A stretch of DNA of 64,000 nucleotides, taken from Haemophilus parainfluenzae. GTDB lineage: Bacteria > Pseudomonadota > Gammaproteobacteria > Enterobacterales > Pasteurellaceae. The first letter of the stretch is position 1. Each line of letters begins with the position of its first letter. A model generated the notes under the pieces. It had not been told where the DNA came from and did not search any database. It saw only the letters and a list, made by a program, of their open reading frames with translations. Position numbers and translations under genes: made by a program. Shown piece by piece: positions 23,111-34,178 of the stretch. The DNA lies in assembly GCA_963537955.1 (NCBI GenBank), contig CAUTFW010000005.1, forward strand, positions 12,118 to 76,117, read 5' to 3'.

Positions 23111-23179
23111 TCGGAAAATTTTTGATTAAAGGTTATGCAAAAATGAAAAAAGTGACGTGTGAAAAGCGATTTTTGATCT

Positions 23180-23188
23180 TTATACACA
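23180..23188 (+). promoter_or_regulatory. DnaA box TTATACACA
   Basis: Exact match to TTATNCACA (same sequence as E. coli R2-type boxes). Confidence 0.7.
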
Positions 23189-23200
23189 GTTAAATTTAGA

Positions 23201-23232
23201 TTATCCAAGTGTTACCCACAGAGTTATCCACA
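23201..23232 (+). promoter_or_regulatory. head-to-tail array of three DnaA boxes (TTATCCAAG, TTACCCACA, TTATCCACA)
   Basis: Boxes start at 23201, 23212 and 23224 (11-12 bp phasing). The last is perfect; the first two have one mismatch each. Confidence 0.75.
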
Positions 23233-23323
23233 ATAGGGTAAATATGCCCATTCGGTTGATAAAAAAGCGAATTTATGAAACAATCTGCAAACTATTTTTG
23301 TACAAAATTTAAGGTGAACGATA

Positions 23324-23914
23324 GTGATCGATTTTGATGGCTACCGTCCAAATGTAGGCATTGTCATTTGTAATCGCAAAGGACAGGTGCTTTGGGCTAA
23401 ACGATACGGGCAGAATTCATGGCAATTCCCGCAAGGTGGAATTAACGATAATGAAAGTGCCGAACAAGCCATGTATCGTGAATTATATGAAGAGGTTGGC
23501 TTACAACCCAAAGATGTGAAGGTGCTTTACGCGTCTAAACATTGGTTGCGTTATAAGCTGCCGAAGAGATTGCTGCGTTATGACAGCAAACCCATGTGTA
23601 TTGGGCAAAAACAACGCTGGTTTTTGTTGCAATTAGTGGGCGATGAAAAAAATATTAATATGAACACAACAAAATCACCGGAATTTGATGGTTGGCGTTG
23701 GGTGAGTTTTTGGTATCCCGTACGTCAGGTTGTGTCCTTTAAGAAAGATGTTTACCGCAAAGCGATGAAAGAGTTTGCCCAAGCCATATTTGGTAACGAC
23801 AAAACATTGCTTGAAAATACGCAAGAGCATGAGATAAATAAACCGTATCACGCCCCACGTAAGAACAGCTTTTCTAAATATCAAAAACGTCCATCTTATA
23901 AATCAAGGGGGTAA
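23324..23914 (+). CDS. rppH: RNA pyrophosphohydrolase
   Basis: GTG start with an AAGGTG RBS. N-terminus [14 protein letters not shown] matches RppH. Nudix box [23 protein letters not shown]. Confidence 0.92.
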   Translation: MIDFDGYRPNVGIVICNRKGQVLWAKRYGQNSWQFPQGGINDNESAEQAMYRELYEEVGLQPKDVKVLYASKHWLRYKLPKRLLRYDSKPMCIGQKQRWFLLQLVGDEKNINMNTTKSPEFDGWRWVSFWYPVRQVVSFKKDVYRKAMKEFAQAIFGNDKTLLENTQEHEINKPYHAPRKNSFSKYQKRPSYKSRG

Positions 23915-23916
23915 TA

Positions 23917-24711
23917 ATGCTCACTTTTATCCTGCTTTGTTTGCTTGTCGGGGCTATCGTTGGTTTTCTTGCTGGATTATTTGGCATTGGCGGCGGATTG
24001 GTTATTGTGCCAACCTTGGTTTATTTATTGCCGATGATGGGTATTCCTGATCAAATGTTGATGTCCACAGCCTTAGGGACTTCATTTGCAACCATCGTGA
24101 TTACTGGATTTTCTTCCGCACAGCGCCATCATAAACTGGGAAACATTGTGTGGAGTGCAGTGAAAGTACTCGCGCCGGTGATCATGATTACGGTATTTAT
24201 CTCAGGTTTATTTATTGGCAAACTCGATCGTGATGTATCTGCTAAAATCTTTGCTTGTTTAGTCGTTTATTTAGCAGCCAAAATGATCATTTCTATTAAG
24301 AAAAATACAGTAAATGCTAAGCCTTTAACAACACAATCTTCCGTTATTGGCGGTATTTTGATTGGTATGGCATCAAGTGCAGCAGGCATTGGTGGCGGTG
24401 GTTTTATCGTGCCATTTTTAAATTCCCGCGGTATTGATATGAAAAAAGCCATTGGTTCTTCCGCTTTTTGTGGGGCACTTCTTGGTTTATCAGGCATGCT
24501 GAGTTTTATGGTGAGTGGCTGGGGCAATCCTTCCATGCCAGATTATTCCCTAGGATATGTTTATTTGCCTGCCGTGCTTGGTATTACAGGTACTTCATTT
24601 TTCACTTCTAAATTAGGGGCAACCGCGACCTCGAAACTCCCTGTCCCAACCTTGAAAAAAGGCTTTGCCTTACTATTAGTTGCGATCGCAGTTGATATGT
24701 TTATGAAATAA
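23917..24711 (+). CDS. TauE/SafE (YfcA-like) family membrane transporter
   Basis: 264-aa polytopic protein with duplicated glycine-rich GIGGG segments typical of the family. Confidence 0.82.
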   Translation: MLTFILLCLLVGAIVGFLAGLFGIGGGLVIVPTLVYLLPMMGIPDQMLMSTALGTSFATIVITGFSSAQRHHKLGNIVWSAVKVLAPVIMITVFISGLFIGKLDRDVSAKIFACLVVYLAAKMIISIKKNTVNAKPLTTQSSVIGGILIGMASSAAGIGGGGFIVPFLNSRGIDMKKAIGSSAFCGALLGLSGMLSFMVSGWGNPSMPDYSLGYVYLPAVLGITGTSFFTSKLGATATSKLPVPTLKKGFALLLVAIAVDMFMK

Positions 24712-24719
24712 GGAATGTT

Positions 24720-25529
24720 ATGAATTCAGAATTTTTGATGCTTCCACATTTTGATCCGACTATTTTCACTTTAGGTGATAGCAATATAGGGTTGCGTTGG
24801 TATGGCTTAATGTATTTATTAGGCTTTATCTTTGCTCGTTGGTTGGCCGTCCGCCGTGCTAATCAGCCAAACAGTGGTTGGACTGTCGATCAAGTGGATA
24901 CGTTACTTTTTAATGCTTTTATGGGGGTATTTTTAGGAGGACGTATTGGGGATGTTTTCTTCTATAACTTTGATCATTTTATGCAAGATCCGCTGTATTT
25001 ATTCCGAGTTTGGGAAGGAGGAATGTCATTCCACGGTGGATTAATTGGGGTGATTATCTCAATGATTTGGACCTCTTATTCTCAAAAAAGAAGCTTCTGG
25101 CAGACAGCAGATTTTATGGCGCCTTTGATTCCATTTGGTTTAGGGATGGGGCGAATTGGTAACTTCATCAATTTAGAACTTTGGGGACGAGAAACCAATG
25201 TTCCTTGGGCCATGATTTTCCCAAATGATCCATTGTTATTACCACGCCATCCTTCACAGCTTTATGAAGCATTTTTAGAAGGTTTCGTGCTGTTTATTAT
25301 TCTAAATGTCTTTATTAAAAAGCCTCGCCCAGCAGGTTCTGTAGCGGGATTATTCCTTGTAGGTTACGGGATTTTCCGTTTTATCGTTGAATATGTCCGT
25401 GAGCCGGAAGTTGAATCTTTCTTAGGCATCATGACACGTGGCCAAGCTCTTAGCTTACCGATGATTATTGGTGGTGGATTAATTATGGCATGGGCATACA
25501 ATCGCGCAAAAAGTGCGGTTCATCAGTAA
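24720..25529 (+). CDS. lgt: prolipoprotein diacylglyceryl transferase
   Basis: HGGLIG and RHPSQLYEA motifs; upstream of thyA as in many gamma-proteobacteria. Confidence 0.95.
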   Translation: MNSEFLMLPHFDPTIFTLGDSNIGLRWYGLMYLLGFIFARWLAVRRANQPNSGWTVDQVDTLLFNAFMGVFLGGRIGDVFFYNFDHFMQDPLYLFRVWEGGMSFHGGLIGVIISMIWTSYSQKRSFWQTADFMAPLIPFGLGMGRIGNFINLELWGRETNVPWAMIFPNDPLLLPRHPSQLYEAFLEGFVLFIILNVFIKKPRPAGSVAGLFLVGYGIFRFIVEYVREPEVESFLGIMTRGQALSLPMIIGGGLIMAWAYNRAKSAVHQ

Positions 25530-25539
25530 GGAGTTTTTT

Positions 25540-26391
25540 ATGAAACAATATTTAGATCTTTGTCGACGCATTGTAAATGAAGGTGAGTGGGTTGCTAACG
25601 AGCGTACCGGCAAGCGTTGCCTTACAGTGATTAATGCGGATTTAGAATATGATGTTGCTAATAATCAATTCCCCTTAATTACAACACGAAAAAGCTATTG
25701 GAAAGCGGCAATTGCGGAGTTTTTAGGTTATATCCGTGGTTATGATAATGCCGCGGACTTCCGCAAGCTTGGCACCAAAACATGGGATGCAAATGCCAAT
25801 GAAAATGCCGCTTGGCTTGCCAATCCACATCGTAAAGGCACCGATGATATGGGGCGCGTTTATGGCGTACAAGGCAGAGCATGGCGTAAACCGAATGGTG
25901 AAACCATCGATCAACTTCGTAAAATTGTGAACAATTTAAGTCGAGGTATTGATGATCGTGGTGAAATCCTGACTTTCTTCAATCCAGGCGAATTTGATTT
26001 GGGTTGTTTGCGTCCTTGTATGCACACTCACACATTTTCCTTAGTGGGCGATACATTGCACTTAACCAGTTATCAACGCTCTTGCGATGTGCCACTTGGT
26101 TTAAACTTCAATCAAATACAGGTCTTTACTTTCCTTGCTTTGATGGCGCAAATTACTGGCAATAAACCGGGTAAGGCATATCATAAAATTGTAAATGCGC
26201 ATATTTATGAAGACCAACTTGAGTTAATGCGTGATGTGCAATTAAAACGTGAACCATTCCCTTCACCACAATTAGAAATTAATCCTGATATTAAAACCCT
26301 TGAAGATCTTGAGACTTGGGTAACGATGGATGATTTCAAGGTGGTGGGTTATCAATCTCACGAACCAATCAAATATCCTTTCTCTGTTTAG
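25540..26391 (+). CDS. thyA: thymidylate synthase
   Basis: Start trimmed to MKQYLDL (AAGGAG RBS just after the lgt stop). Contains the catalytic Cys region LRPCMH and [12 protein letters not shown]. Confidence 0.96.
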   Translation: MKQYLDLCRRIVNEGEWVANERTGKRCLTVINADLEYDVANNQFPLITTRKSYWKAAIAEFLGYIRGYDNAADFRKLGTKTWDANANENAAWLANPHRKGTDDMGRVYGVQGRAWRKPNGETIDQLRKIVNNLSRGIDDRGEILTFFNPGEFDLGCLRPCMHTHTFSLVGDTLHLTSYQRSCDVPLGLNFNQIQVFTFLALMAQITGNKPGKAYHKIVNAHIYEDQLELMRDVQLKREPFPSPQLEINPDIKTLEDLETWVTMDDFKVVGYQSHEPIKYPFSV

Positions 26392-26400
26392 GCATTAAAA

Positions 26401-26919
26401 GTGCGGTTAGATTTAGACGAGAAATTTATGCAACACGCCCTGATGCTTGCCGATCGTGCAGAAGCGCTCGGAGAGATTCCTGTCGGGGCGGTGTTGGTAG
26501 ATGATGAAGGAAATATTCTCGGTGAAGGCTGGAATTTATCTATCATTGAAAATGATCCGACCGCTCATGCTGAAATTGTTGCACTGCGTAATGCAGCACA
26601 AAATATTCAAAATTATCGTCTGCTCAATACCACACTCTATGTCACCCTTGAGCCTTGTACCATGTGTGCTGGTGCGATTTTACATAGCCGTATTAAACGA
26701 TTAGTCTTCGGTGCGTCAGATTATAAAACGGGGGCTGTAGGTTCTCGCTTTCATTTCTTTGATGATTATAAAATGAATCATACGTTAGAAATTACGTCTG
26801 GTGTACTCGCAGAAAAGTGCGGTCAGAAATTGAGTGATTTTTTCAAAAAAAGACGAGAGCAGAAAAAGGAAGAAAAGCGGGAAAAGAATCTCCCGCTTGA
26901 TGTTGAGTCGCAATCTTAA
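26401..26919 (+). CDS. tadA: tRNA adenosine(34) deaminase
   Basis: HAE and PCTMCAGA zinc motifs. The start is ambiguous (GTG 26401 or ATG 26428). Confidence 0.9.
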   Translation: MRLDLDEKFMQHALMLADRAEALGEIPVGAVLVDDEGNILGEGWNLSIIENDPTAHAEIVALRNAAQNIQNYRLLNTTLYVTLEPCTMCAGAILHSRIKRLVFGASDYKTGAVGSRFHFFDDYKMNHTLEITSGVLAEKCGQKLSDFFKKRREQKKEEKREKNLPLDVESQS

Positions 26920-27575
26920 ACTTGCCAATCAATTTCAGTTAAACCATGTTGTTTTAAATATTCGTTAGTTTTAGAAAAATGATGACATCCTAAAAAACCA
27001 CGATGTGCAGAAAGGGGAGAAGGATGTGGGGCAGTTAAAACATAATGACGATTGCGATCAATAAATTGCCCTTTTTTCTGTGCATGACTTCCCCAAAGTA
27101 AAAATACGACTTTTTCACGGTGTTCATTAAGTGCTGCAATTACTTGGTCTGTAAAAACTTCCCAACCAAATTTAGCGTGTGAATGTGCCATGCCGCGCTC
27201 TACAGTTAGTACGGTGTTAAGCAGTAGTACACCTTGCTCCGCCCATTTCACCAAGTAGCCATGATTTGGCATTTGAAAACCAGGAATATCATTAGTCAAT
27301 TCTTTATACATATTCAGCAGAGAGGGCGGAATGGCCACTTCGGGTTTTACCGAAAAAGCTAAACCGTGCGCTTGATTTGGGCCATGATAGGGATCCTGTC
27401 CTAAAATAACGACTTTCACCTCATCAAATGCCGTATATTTAAAGGCATTAAACACTTCGTCTTGCGGAGGGTAAATAGTTTTCCCCGCGAGTCTCTCTTG
27501 ATGAACTTGTTGTAGAATGTGTTTAAAGTAAGGTTTTTCTTTCTCTTGACCGATAACATCTGTCCAGGTTTTCAT
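26916..27575 (-). CDS. ung: uracil-DNA glycosylase
   Basis: GQDPYHG and HPSPLSA motifs; 219 aa. Confidence 0.96.
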   Translation of the reverse strand: MKTWTDVIGQEKEKPYFKHILQQVHQERLAGKTIYPPQDEVFNAFKYTAFDEVKVVILGQDPYHGPNQAHGLAFSVKPEVAIPPSLLNMYKELTNDIPGFQMPNHGYLVKWAEQGVLLLNTVLTVERGMAHSHAKFGWEVFTDQVIAALNEHREKVVFLLWGSHAQKKGQFIDRNRHYVLTAPHPSPLSAHRGFLGCHHFSKTNEYLKQHGLTEIDWQV

Positions 27576-27702
27576 TCTGTATTTCCTTATTGGATAAGCT
27601 TGAGCACATTATAAATGAAATTGCTTAGAAAGGCTTCATTCGAGTTATGTTAACAGTTTGTTAAAAGTTAGAGTGTGTTGAGGCCTTGCTGTGGCTGAAA
27701 CT

Positions 27703-27716
27703 TTAATCTAGATCAA
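27703..27716. promoter_or_regulatory. FNR-like box TTAAT-ctag-ATCAA upstream of grcA
   Basis: One mismatch to TTGAT-N4-ATCAA. It lies about 100 bp upstream of a candidate TTGATA-17-TAAATA promoter (27783-27811). Confidence 0.3.
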
Positions 27717-27838
27717 TTTTCAAAAATTAGTCAGAAAAAAGAACCTGTTTTAGGTCAAAATTAATTGAATTCTTCAAATAGTTTGATAAAATTTGCACAG
27801 TTTAATAAATATACAACCGCCAAATTAGGAGGCACTTT

Positions 27839-28222
27839 ATGATCAAAGGTATTCAAATTACTCAAGCAGCAAATGACAATCTTTTAAACTCATTCTGGTT
27901 ATTAGACAGCGAAAAAAATGAAGCTCGTTGTTTATGTGCAAAAGCTGAATTCGCAGAAGACCAAGTAGTAGCAGTGAGCGAATTAGGCCAAATCGAATAC
28001 CGTGAATTACCGGTAAACGTAGCACCAACTGTTAAAGTTGAAGGTGGTCAACACTTAAACGTAAACGTATTACGTCGTGAAACGTTAGAAGATGCAGTAA
28101 ACAACCCGGATAAATACCCTCAATTAACTATCCGTGTTTCTGGTTACGCAGTACGCTTCAACTCTTTAACACCAGAACAACAACGCGACGTTATTACTCG
28201 TACTTTCACTGAAAGTCTATAA
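27839..28222 (+). CDS. grcA: autonomous glycyl radical cofactor
   Basis: 127 aa with the glycyl-radical motif [11 protein letters not shown]; strong AGGAGG RBS. Confidence 0.95.
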   Translation: MIKGIQITQAANDNLLNSFWLLDSEKNEARCLCAKAEFAEDQVVAVSELGQIEYRELPVNVAPTVKVEGGQHLNVNVLRRETLEDAVNNPDKYPQLTIRVSGYAVRFNSLTPEQQRDVITRTFTESL

Positions 28223-28243
28223 TTTCAGTTTGAATGGAAAAAG

Positions 28244-28274
28244 AAACCCCGAAGTAATTCGGGGTTTTGTTTTA
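28244..28274 (+). terminator. grcA rho-independent terminator
   Basis: AAACCCCGAA-gtaa-TTCGGGGTTT followed by a T-rich tail. Confidence 0.85.
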
Positions 28275-28390
28275 TCTAAAAGGTTTGAAAATTTGACCGC
28301 ACTTTTCCCTTTCATCCCTAGCGATTTCCGCGCTTTTCAGGTACAATCCGCCAGTTAAATTTAATGATTTTTGAGAAAACTAATCTATTT

Positions 28391-30187
28391 ATGAAGAATA
28401 TTCGCAACTTTTCTATTATTGCCCATATTGACCACGGTAAATCGACCCTTTCTGACCGATTAATTCAGACCTGTGGGGGGCTTTCGGATCGTGAAATGGA
28501 AGCGCAAGTGTTGGATTCCATGGATCTTGAGCGTGAGCGCGGTATTACCATTAAAGCGCAAAGTGTAACCTTAAATTATCAAGCGAAAGACGGTGAAACT
28601 TACCAATTAAACTTTATCGATACGCCAGGACACGTGGACTTCTCTTATGAAGTATCTCGTTCTCTTGCGGCTTGTGAAGGGGCATTGTTAGTTGTGGATG
28701 CAGGACAAGGCGTAGAAGCACAAACCTTGGCAAACTGCTACACCGCCATTGAAATGGATTTAGAAGTCGTGCCGATTTTAAATAAAATCGACTTGCCAGC
28801 AGCGGATCCTGAACGTGTTGCAGAAGAAATTGAAGACATCGTGGGTATTGATGCGATGGAAGCGGTACGTTGTTCGGCGAAAACCGGTGTAGGTATTGAA
28901 GATGTATTAGAAGAAATTGTTGCGAAAATTCCTGCACCAGAAGGTGATCCTGATGCACCGTTACAAGCGTTGATTATTGACTCTTGGTTCGATAACTATT
29001 TAGGCGTGGTGTCATTAGTTCGTATTAAGAATGGTGTGTTGCGTAAAGGTGACAAAATTAAAGTAATGTCCACCGGGCAAGCTTACAACGTCGATCGTCT
29101 AGGTATTTTCACGCCAAAACAAGTGGATACAACAGTATTAAATACCGGCGAAGTAGGTTGGGTTGTTTGTGCAATTAAAGATATTTTAGGTGCACCAGTA
29201 GGGGATACCTTAACGCACCAACACAATCCGGCAAGCCATGTATTGCCAGGTTTTAAGAAAGTAAAACCGCAGGTTTATGCTGGTTTATTCCCAGTGAGCT
29301 CTGACGATTATGAGGCTTTCCGTGATGCGTTAGGTAAATTAAGCCTAAACGATGCATCACTTTTCTATGAACCAGAAAACTCGACGGCTTTAGGTTTTGG
29401 TTTCCGTTGTGGCTTCTTGGGGCTTTTACACATGGAGATCATTCAAGAGCGTTTAGAACGTGAATACGATCTTGATTTGATTACCACAGCACCAACGGTA
29501 ATTTATGAAGTCGAAATGACCAATGGTGAAGTCGTTTATGTGGATAGTCCATCAAAATTGCCACCGTTAAATAATATTGCGGAAATTCGTGAGCCAATTG
29601 CAGAGTGTAATATGCTCGTGCCACAGGAATTCTTAGGTAATGTGATTACCCTTTGTGTGGAAAAGCGTGGCGTACAAACTAATATGGTATATCACGGTAA
29701 CCAAATTGCGTTAACTTATGAAATTCCAATGGGCGAAGTAGTCTTAGATTTCTTCGATCGCTTGAAATCAACATCGCGTGGTTATGCTTCTTTGGATTAT
29801 GGTTTCAAACGTTTCCAAGCAGCTGACATGGTACGTGTGGATATCATGATCAATGGTGATCGTGTTGATGCGTTAGCATTAATTGTTCATAAGGATAATG
29901 CCCCTTACCGAGGTCGTGAATTGGTTGAGAAAATGCGTGAACTCATTCCACGTCAACAATTTGATATTGCCATCCAAGCCGCGATTGGTAACCATATTAT
30001 TGCGCGTTCAACCGTAAAACAATTGCGTAAAAACGTATTAGCAAAATGTTATGGTGGTGACGTGAGCCGTAAGAAAAAACTCTTACAGAAACAGAAAGAA
30101 GGTAAAAAACGAATGAAATCTTTAGGTAACGTGGAAGTGCCGCAAGAAGCGTTTTTAGCGATCTTACATGTAGGTAAAGATAAATAG
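28391..30187 (+). CDS. lepA: elongation factor 4
   Basis: Start trimmed to [19 protein letters not shown]; 598 aa; GTPase G1-G4 motifs and the LepA C-terminal domain. Confidence 0.96.
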   Translation: MKNIRNFSIIAHIDHGKSTLSDRLIQTCGGLSDREMEAQVLDSMDLERERGITIKAQSVTLNYQAKDGETYQLNFIDTPGHVDFSYEVSRSLAACEGALLVVDAGQGVEAQTLANCYTAIEMDLEVVPILNKIDLPAADPERVAEEIEDIVGIDAMEAVRCSAKTGVGIEDVLEEIVAKIPAPEGDPDAPLQALIIDSWFDNYLGVVSLVRIKNGVLRKGDKIKVMSTGQAYNVDRLGIFTPKQVDTTVLNTGEVGWVVCAIKDILGAPVGDTLTHQHNPASHVLPGFKKVKPQVYAGLFPVSSDDYEAFRDALGKLSLNDASLFYEPENSTALGFGFRCGFLGLLHMEIIQERLEREYDLDLITTAPTVIYEVEMTNGEVVYVDSPSKLPPLNNIAEIREPIAECNMLVPQEFLGNVITLCVEKRGVQTNMVYHGNQIALTYEIPMGEVVLDFFDRLKSTSRGYASLDYGFKRFQAADMVRVDIMINGDRVDALALIVHKDNAPYRGRELVEKMRELIPRQQFDIAIQAAIGNHIIARSTVKQLRKNVLAKCYGGDVSRKKKLLQKQKEGKKRMKSLGNVEVPQEAFLAILHVGKDK

Positions 30188-30199
30188 GAAAGTAGAGCA

Positions 30200-31249
30200 A
30201 TGTCGAATGTATTTTTTATTTTGTTGTTAGCTGTGGGCTTTGCTGGTTGGAAAGCGTTAGATTATTTCCAGCTGCCTAACACATTCAGTATTTTATTGCT
30301 GATTTTGACCGCACTTTCCGGCATTTTATGGTGCTATCACCGTTTTGCCGTGATGCCGAGACGCCGTCGTCAAATCGCACGCGCAGAACAACGCTCAGGC
30401 AAAGCATTAACGGATGAAGAAAAAGCGAAAATTGAGCCAATTTCAGAAGGTTCAGAATTTATTTCTTCGCTTTTCCCTGTGTTATCCGTGGTATTCCTTG
30501 TACGTTCATTTATTTTTGAACCGTTTCAAATTCCATCAGGATCAATGCAAGCTACATTATATGTAGGGGATTTTATTGTCGTGAATAAATACACTTATGG
30601 CATCAAAGATCCTATTTTCCAAAATACGATTATTGAAGGCAATAAGCCCGAACGTGGTGATGTGATCGTGTTTAAAGCACCGGAGCAAGCGTTGCTTCAT
30701 ACGAGTTTAGGGGCAACGCGAGCAGCATATGCTGAAAACCTTGCATTAACATCTAAAGATAATATGTCTGGAGCAGATTACATTAAACGTATTGTAGGGA
30801 AAGGCGGTGACCGCATTATCCTTGATGTTGAAAAAAGTGCCTTAACGATTGTTCATGGCAAAGATGGCAAACCTTGTGAAATAGACTGCCAAGCTAAAGT
30901 ATTTGAATATAAACAAGAACCTACAAATCCAGCATTCCCAACGCAAGTGGAATATTTGGAAATCGGTGATGTGACACATAAGATTTTAGTCGAGCCAATG
31001 CGCCGTTATTCGGGGATTGAGTTTTATCCACAAGAAGGCTTACCTGCTGCAGAATGGATTGTGCCTGAGGGGCAATATTTTGTGATGGGAGATAACCGTG
31101 ATCATAGTGATGACAGCCGTTTTTGGGGATTTGTACCAGAAAAAAATATCGTGGGTAAAGCCACTTATATTTGGATGAGTTTAGAAAAAGAACCAAATGA
31201 GTGGCCTACAGGCTTCCGTTTTGACCGTTTCTTTACAAAAATTAATTAA
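30200..31249 (+). CDS. lepB: signal peptidase I
   Basis: SGSM catalytic Ser box, YIKRIVG Lys box and [16 protein letters not shown] box. Confidence 0.95.
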   Translation: MSNVFFILLLAVGFAGWKALDYFQLPNTFSILLLILTALSGILWCYHRFAVMPRRRRQIARAEQRSGKALTDEEKAKIEPISEGSEFISSLFPVLSVVFLVRSFIFEPFQIPSGSMQATLYVGDFIVVNKYTYGIKDPIFQNTIIEGNKPERGDVIVFKAPEQALLHTSLGATRAAYAENLALTSKDNMSGADYIKRIVGKGGDRIILDVEKSALTIVHGKDGKPCEIDCQAKVFEYKQEPTNPAFPTQVEYLEIGDVTHKILVEPMRRYSGIEFYPQEGLPAAEWIVPEGQYFVMGDNRDHSDDSRFWGFVPEKNIVGKATYIWMSLEKEPNEWPTGFRFDRFFTKIN

Positions 31250-31250
31250 T

Positions 31251-31934
31251 ATGAATCATTTAGATCGACTAGAACGAAAAATTGGTTATCAATTTTCCGA
31301 TCTAAAAAATTTAAAATTGGCACTGACACACCGCAGTGCCTCCACTCAACATAATGAACGTCTCGAATTTCTAGGTGATTCGATTCTCAATTACGTCATT
31401 GCTGATGCGCTTTATCATCAATTCCCTCGTTGTAATGAAGGTGAACTTAGCCGAATGCGTGCCACATTAGTTCGTGAGCCAACCCTGGCGATAATTGCCC
31501 GCAATTTTGAGCTTGGGGATTATATGTCCTTAGGTTCTGGCGAGTTGAAAAGTGGGGGCTTTCGTCGTGAATCGATTTTGGCGGATTGTGTTGAAGCGGT
31601 AATTGGCGCAATGGCATTAGATTCAAGCTTTGATAAAGCAGCAGATATTGTGCGTAGCTGGTATAAAACGTTACTCGCCGAAATTAAACCGGGTGATAAC
31701 CAAAAAGATGCTAAAACGCGCTTGCAAGAGTATTTACAAGGTAAGCATTTCGCCTTACCAACCTATGAAGTAATCAAAATTGAAGGCGAAGCCCATTGCC
31801 AAACCTTCACCGTAGAATGTACAGTAAAAAATGTACCCAATATTGACCGCACTTTTATTGCGAAAGGTTCTAGCCGCCGTAAAGCAGAACAAGCGGCCGC
31901 AGAACAAATCTTAAAAACATTGGAAATTAAATGA
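31251..31934 (+). CDS. rnc: ribonuclease III
   Basis: Start trimmed to [13 protein letters not shown], directly after the lepB stop. Signature ERLEFLGDS; C-terminal dsRBD. Confidence 0.95.
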   Translation: MNHLDRLERKIGYQFSDLKNLKLALTHRSASTQHNERLEFLGDSILNYVIADALYHQFPRCNEGELSRMRATLVREPTLAIIARNFELGDYMSLGSGELKSGGFRRESILADCVEAVIGAMALDSSFDKAADIVRSWYKTLLAEIKPGDNQKDAKTRLQEYLQGKHFALPTYEVIKIEGEAHCQTFTVECTVKNVPNIDRTFIAKGSSRRKAEQAAAEQILKTLEIK

Positions 31935-32845
31935 CCGAATTAAATCAAGAACAAGAGACCTATTGTGGCTTTATCGCTATCGTAGGTCGCCCAAATGTAG
32001 GGAAATCTACCCTGTTAAATAAAATTTTGGGACAAAAAATTTCGATTACATCTCGCAAGGCGCAAACTACGCGTCACCGTATTGTGGGAATTAAAACAGA
32101 AGGTATCTACCAAGAAATTTACGTCGATACGCCGGGACTTCATATTGAAGAAAAACGCGCGATTAACCGTTTAATGAACCGTGCAGCAAGCTCAGCAATC
32201 GGGGATGTGGATCTCATTATTTTTGTTGTAGATGGTACACATTGGAATGCCGATGATGAAATGGTGTTAAATAAATTACGTAATGCGAAAGCACCTGTCG
32301 TACTTGCCATCAACAAAGTTGATAATATTAAGAATAAAGATGATTTATTGCCATTTATTACCGATTTAGGCAGTAAGTTTAACTTTGCTCACATTGTGCC
32401 GATTTCTGCACAACGTGGTAATAACGTGCATCAATTAGAGAAAATTGTTCGTCAATCATTACGTAAAGGCGTTCATCACTTCCCTGAAGATTATGTAACG
32501 GACCGTTCACAGCGTTTTATGGCGTCAGAAATTATTCGTGAAAAATTAATGCGTTTCACAGGGGAAGAGCTACCTTATTCGGTAACGGTTGAAATTGAAC
32601 AATTTAAAGTAAATGAGCGTGGTACTTATGAAATCAATGGCTTGATTTTAGTTGAGCGTGAAGGCCAAAAGAAAATGGTGATCGGTGCTCAAGGACAAAA
32701 AATTAAAACCATTGGTATGGAAGCGCGCGCTGACATGGAACGCTTATTTGATAATAAAGTACACCTTGAACTTTGGGTAAAAGTGAAGTCCGGTTGGGCG
32801 GATGATGAACGTGCCTTAAGAAGTTTAGGTTATATGGATGAATAA
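31931..32845 (+). CDS. era: GTPase Era
   Basis: [10 protein letters not shown]-loop, DTPG, NKVD and a C-terminal KH domain; 4-nt overlap with rnc. Confidence 0.96.
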   Translation: MTELNQEQETYCGFIAIVGRPNVGKSTLLNKILGQKISITSRKAQTTRHRIVGIKTEGIYQEIYVDTPGLHIEEKRAINRLMNRAASSAIGDVDLIIFVVDGTHWNADDEMVLNKLRNAKAPVVLAINKVDNIKNKDDLLPFITDLGSKFNFAHIVPISAQRGNNVHQLEKIVRQSLRKGVHHFPEDYVTDRSQRFMASEIIREKLMRFTGEELPYSVTVEIEQFKVNERGTYEINGLILVEREGQKKMVIGAQGQKIKTIGMEARADMERLFDNKVHLELWVKVKSGWADDERALRSLGYMDE

Positions 32846-32849
32846 AAAC

Positions 32850-32878
32850 TTGAGTAATACTCTATACTATTCTATTAT
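32850..32878 (+). promoter_or_regulatory. candidate sigma70 promoter for the lipid cassette
   Basis: TTGAGT (32850-32855), 17-nt spacer, TATTAT (32873-32878), about 45 bp upstream of the 32923 start. Confidence 0.35.
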
Positions 32879-32922
32879 TAGCGAAATTTTTATGTTTACT
32901 AATAAAAACAAGGAGATGGTAG

Positions 32923-33528
32923 ATGAGTATCTATGCCTTAAAACCCAAATTTCAAAATTTACTTCGGCCTTTAGTTAGGCAATTAGCGGCAAAAGGCGTA
33001 ACAGCAAATCAAGTTACGCTAATTGCTTGCTTACTTTCAATTTTATTAGGTGTGATTCTCGCACTATTCCCGACATTTTCCACTCTTTTCTTCCTTATTC
33101 CTATTTGGTTGTTTTTGCGTATGGCACTGAATGCTGTTGATGGCATGCTAGCACGTGAATTTAATCAAAAAAGTCGATTAGGGGGCTATCTTAATGAAAT
33201 TACTGATGTCGTCTCTGATGCAGCACTTTACCTTCCTTTTGCTTTTGTCGCGCCTTTTGATGGTATTCAAATCTCAAGTATTATTTGGCTTGCGACGTTG
33301 AGTGAGTTATGTGGCATCTTGGGACAGGTTCAAGGCAAAACGCGTCGTTATGATGGCCCAATGGGTAAAAGTGATCGTGCATTCGTATTTGGTGTACTCG
33401 GTTTACTCTATGCGGTGAATGGTAGTTTACATTCACTTTTCTGGTGGGTAGCCAATATCGTGATTATCTTGCTCATTGTGACTTGTATTAAGCGAGTAAA
33501 AAATGGTTTAGCCGAAGTGACGGAGTAA
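32923..33528 (+). CDS. CDP-alcohol phosphatidyltransferase family protein (YnbA-like)
   Basis: 201-aa polytopic protein with DGMLAR...TDVVSD (a variant of the DGxxAR...DxxxD motif). Same length class as E. coli YnbA (from memory). Confidence 0.8.
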   Translation: MSIYALKPKFQNLLRPLVRQLAAKGVTANQVTLIACLLSILLGVILALFPTFSTLFFLIPIWLFLRMALNAVDGMLAREFNQKSRLGGYLNEITDVVSDAALYLPFAFVAPFDGIQISSIIWLATLSELCGILGQVQGKTRRYDGPMGKSDRAFVFGVLGLLYAVNGSLHSLFWWVANIVIILLIVTCIKRVKNGLAEVTE

Positions 33529-33539
33529 TAGGAGCAACT

Positions 33540-34172
33540 ATGTTAGCGAGATTAATCGATTTTTTATTGTGTCGTTTTGCTTCTTTTATTACAGGCGTTC
33601 GACCACAAGCCGCAATTGCGGAACAATCTTCAGAAGGGCATCGTGTCTATTTTGCCAATCATAATAGTCATGGGGATTTTATCTTACTTTGGATTTCATT
33701 GCCTTATGAAGTAAGAAAACAAACTCGCCCTGTTGCAGGTAAAGATTATTGGACGAAAGGCGCAATTCGTCGCTTTTTAGCCTATAAAGTGTTTAATATG
33801 TTACTGATTGAACGTAATAGCCAAGATCCAAAAGCTGTCATACGACAAATGAGTGAAGCATTAATCAATAACTCCCTGATTATTTTCCCTGAAGGAACTC
33901 GTAAGATGGATGATGATTTGCCGCTTCAACCATTTAAAAGCGGATTGTTTTATTTAGCCAAAGAAAATCCTGATTGTGAGTTTGTGCCCGTTTGGATTAG
34001 TAATATGAATAATGTTTTACCAAAAGGCTTTATTTTACCGATCCCATTATTATGTGATCTGTATATGGGCGAACCATTAAAGATTGAGAACGGAGAGGCT
34101 AAAGAGGCCTTTTTAACACGTGCTCAATCGGCATTATTAAGTTTAAATGTCAGTGAAAAAGGCAAATCTTAG
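33540..34172 (+). CDS. lysophospholipid (1-acyl-glycerol-3-phosphate-type) acyltransferase, PlsC/LPLAT family
   Basis: All four LPLAT blocks are present: ANHNSHGDF (HX4D), LLIER, FPEGTR and FVPVW. Confidence 0.8.
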   Translation: MLARLIDFLLCRFASFITGVRPQAAIAEQSSEGHRVYFANHNSHGDFILLWISLPYEVRKQTRPVAGKDYWTKGAIRRFLAYKVFNMLLIERNSQDPKAVIRQMSEALINNSLIIFPEGTRKMDDDLPLQPFKSGLFYLAKENPDCEFVPVWISNMNNVLPKGFILPIPLLCDLYMGEPLKIENGEAKEAFLTRAQSALLSLNVSEKGKS

Positions 34173-34178
34173 GAGCAA

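Noticed and set aside
22840-23323. Chromosomal replication origin (oriC), suggested by the DnaA-box cluster and a local switch from mostly minus-strand genes (left) to mostly plus-strand genes (right).
   Set aside because: There is only one GATC in the gap, although Dam-containing relatives have GATC-rich origins. I see no clear triplet of AT-rich 13-mers. A strong plus-strand terminator hairpin sits in the middle. Gene orientation over the whole window is mixed (for example rpmBG on the minus strand at 61.5 kb). oriC is linked to gidA/mnmG in E. coli and, from memory, in H. influenzae, and that gene is absent here. Kept only as an alternative hypothesis in the finding.
27765-27778. TTGAA-ttct-TCAAA near the grcA promoter as a class II FNR site.
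   Set aside because: The TTGA and TCAA cores are separated by 5 nt instead of the required 6, so the half-sites are out of register.
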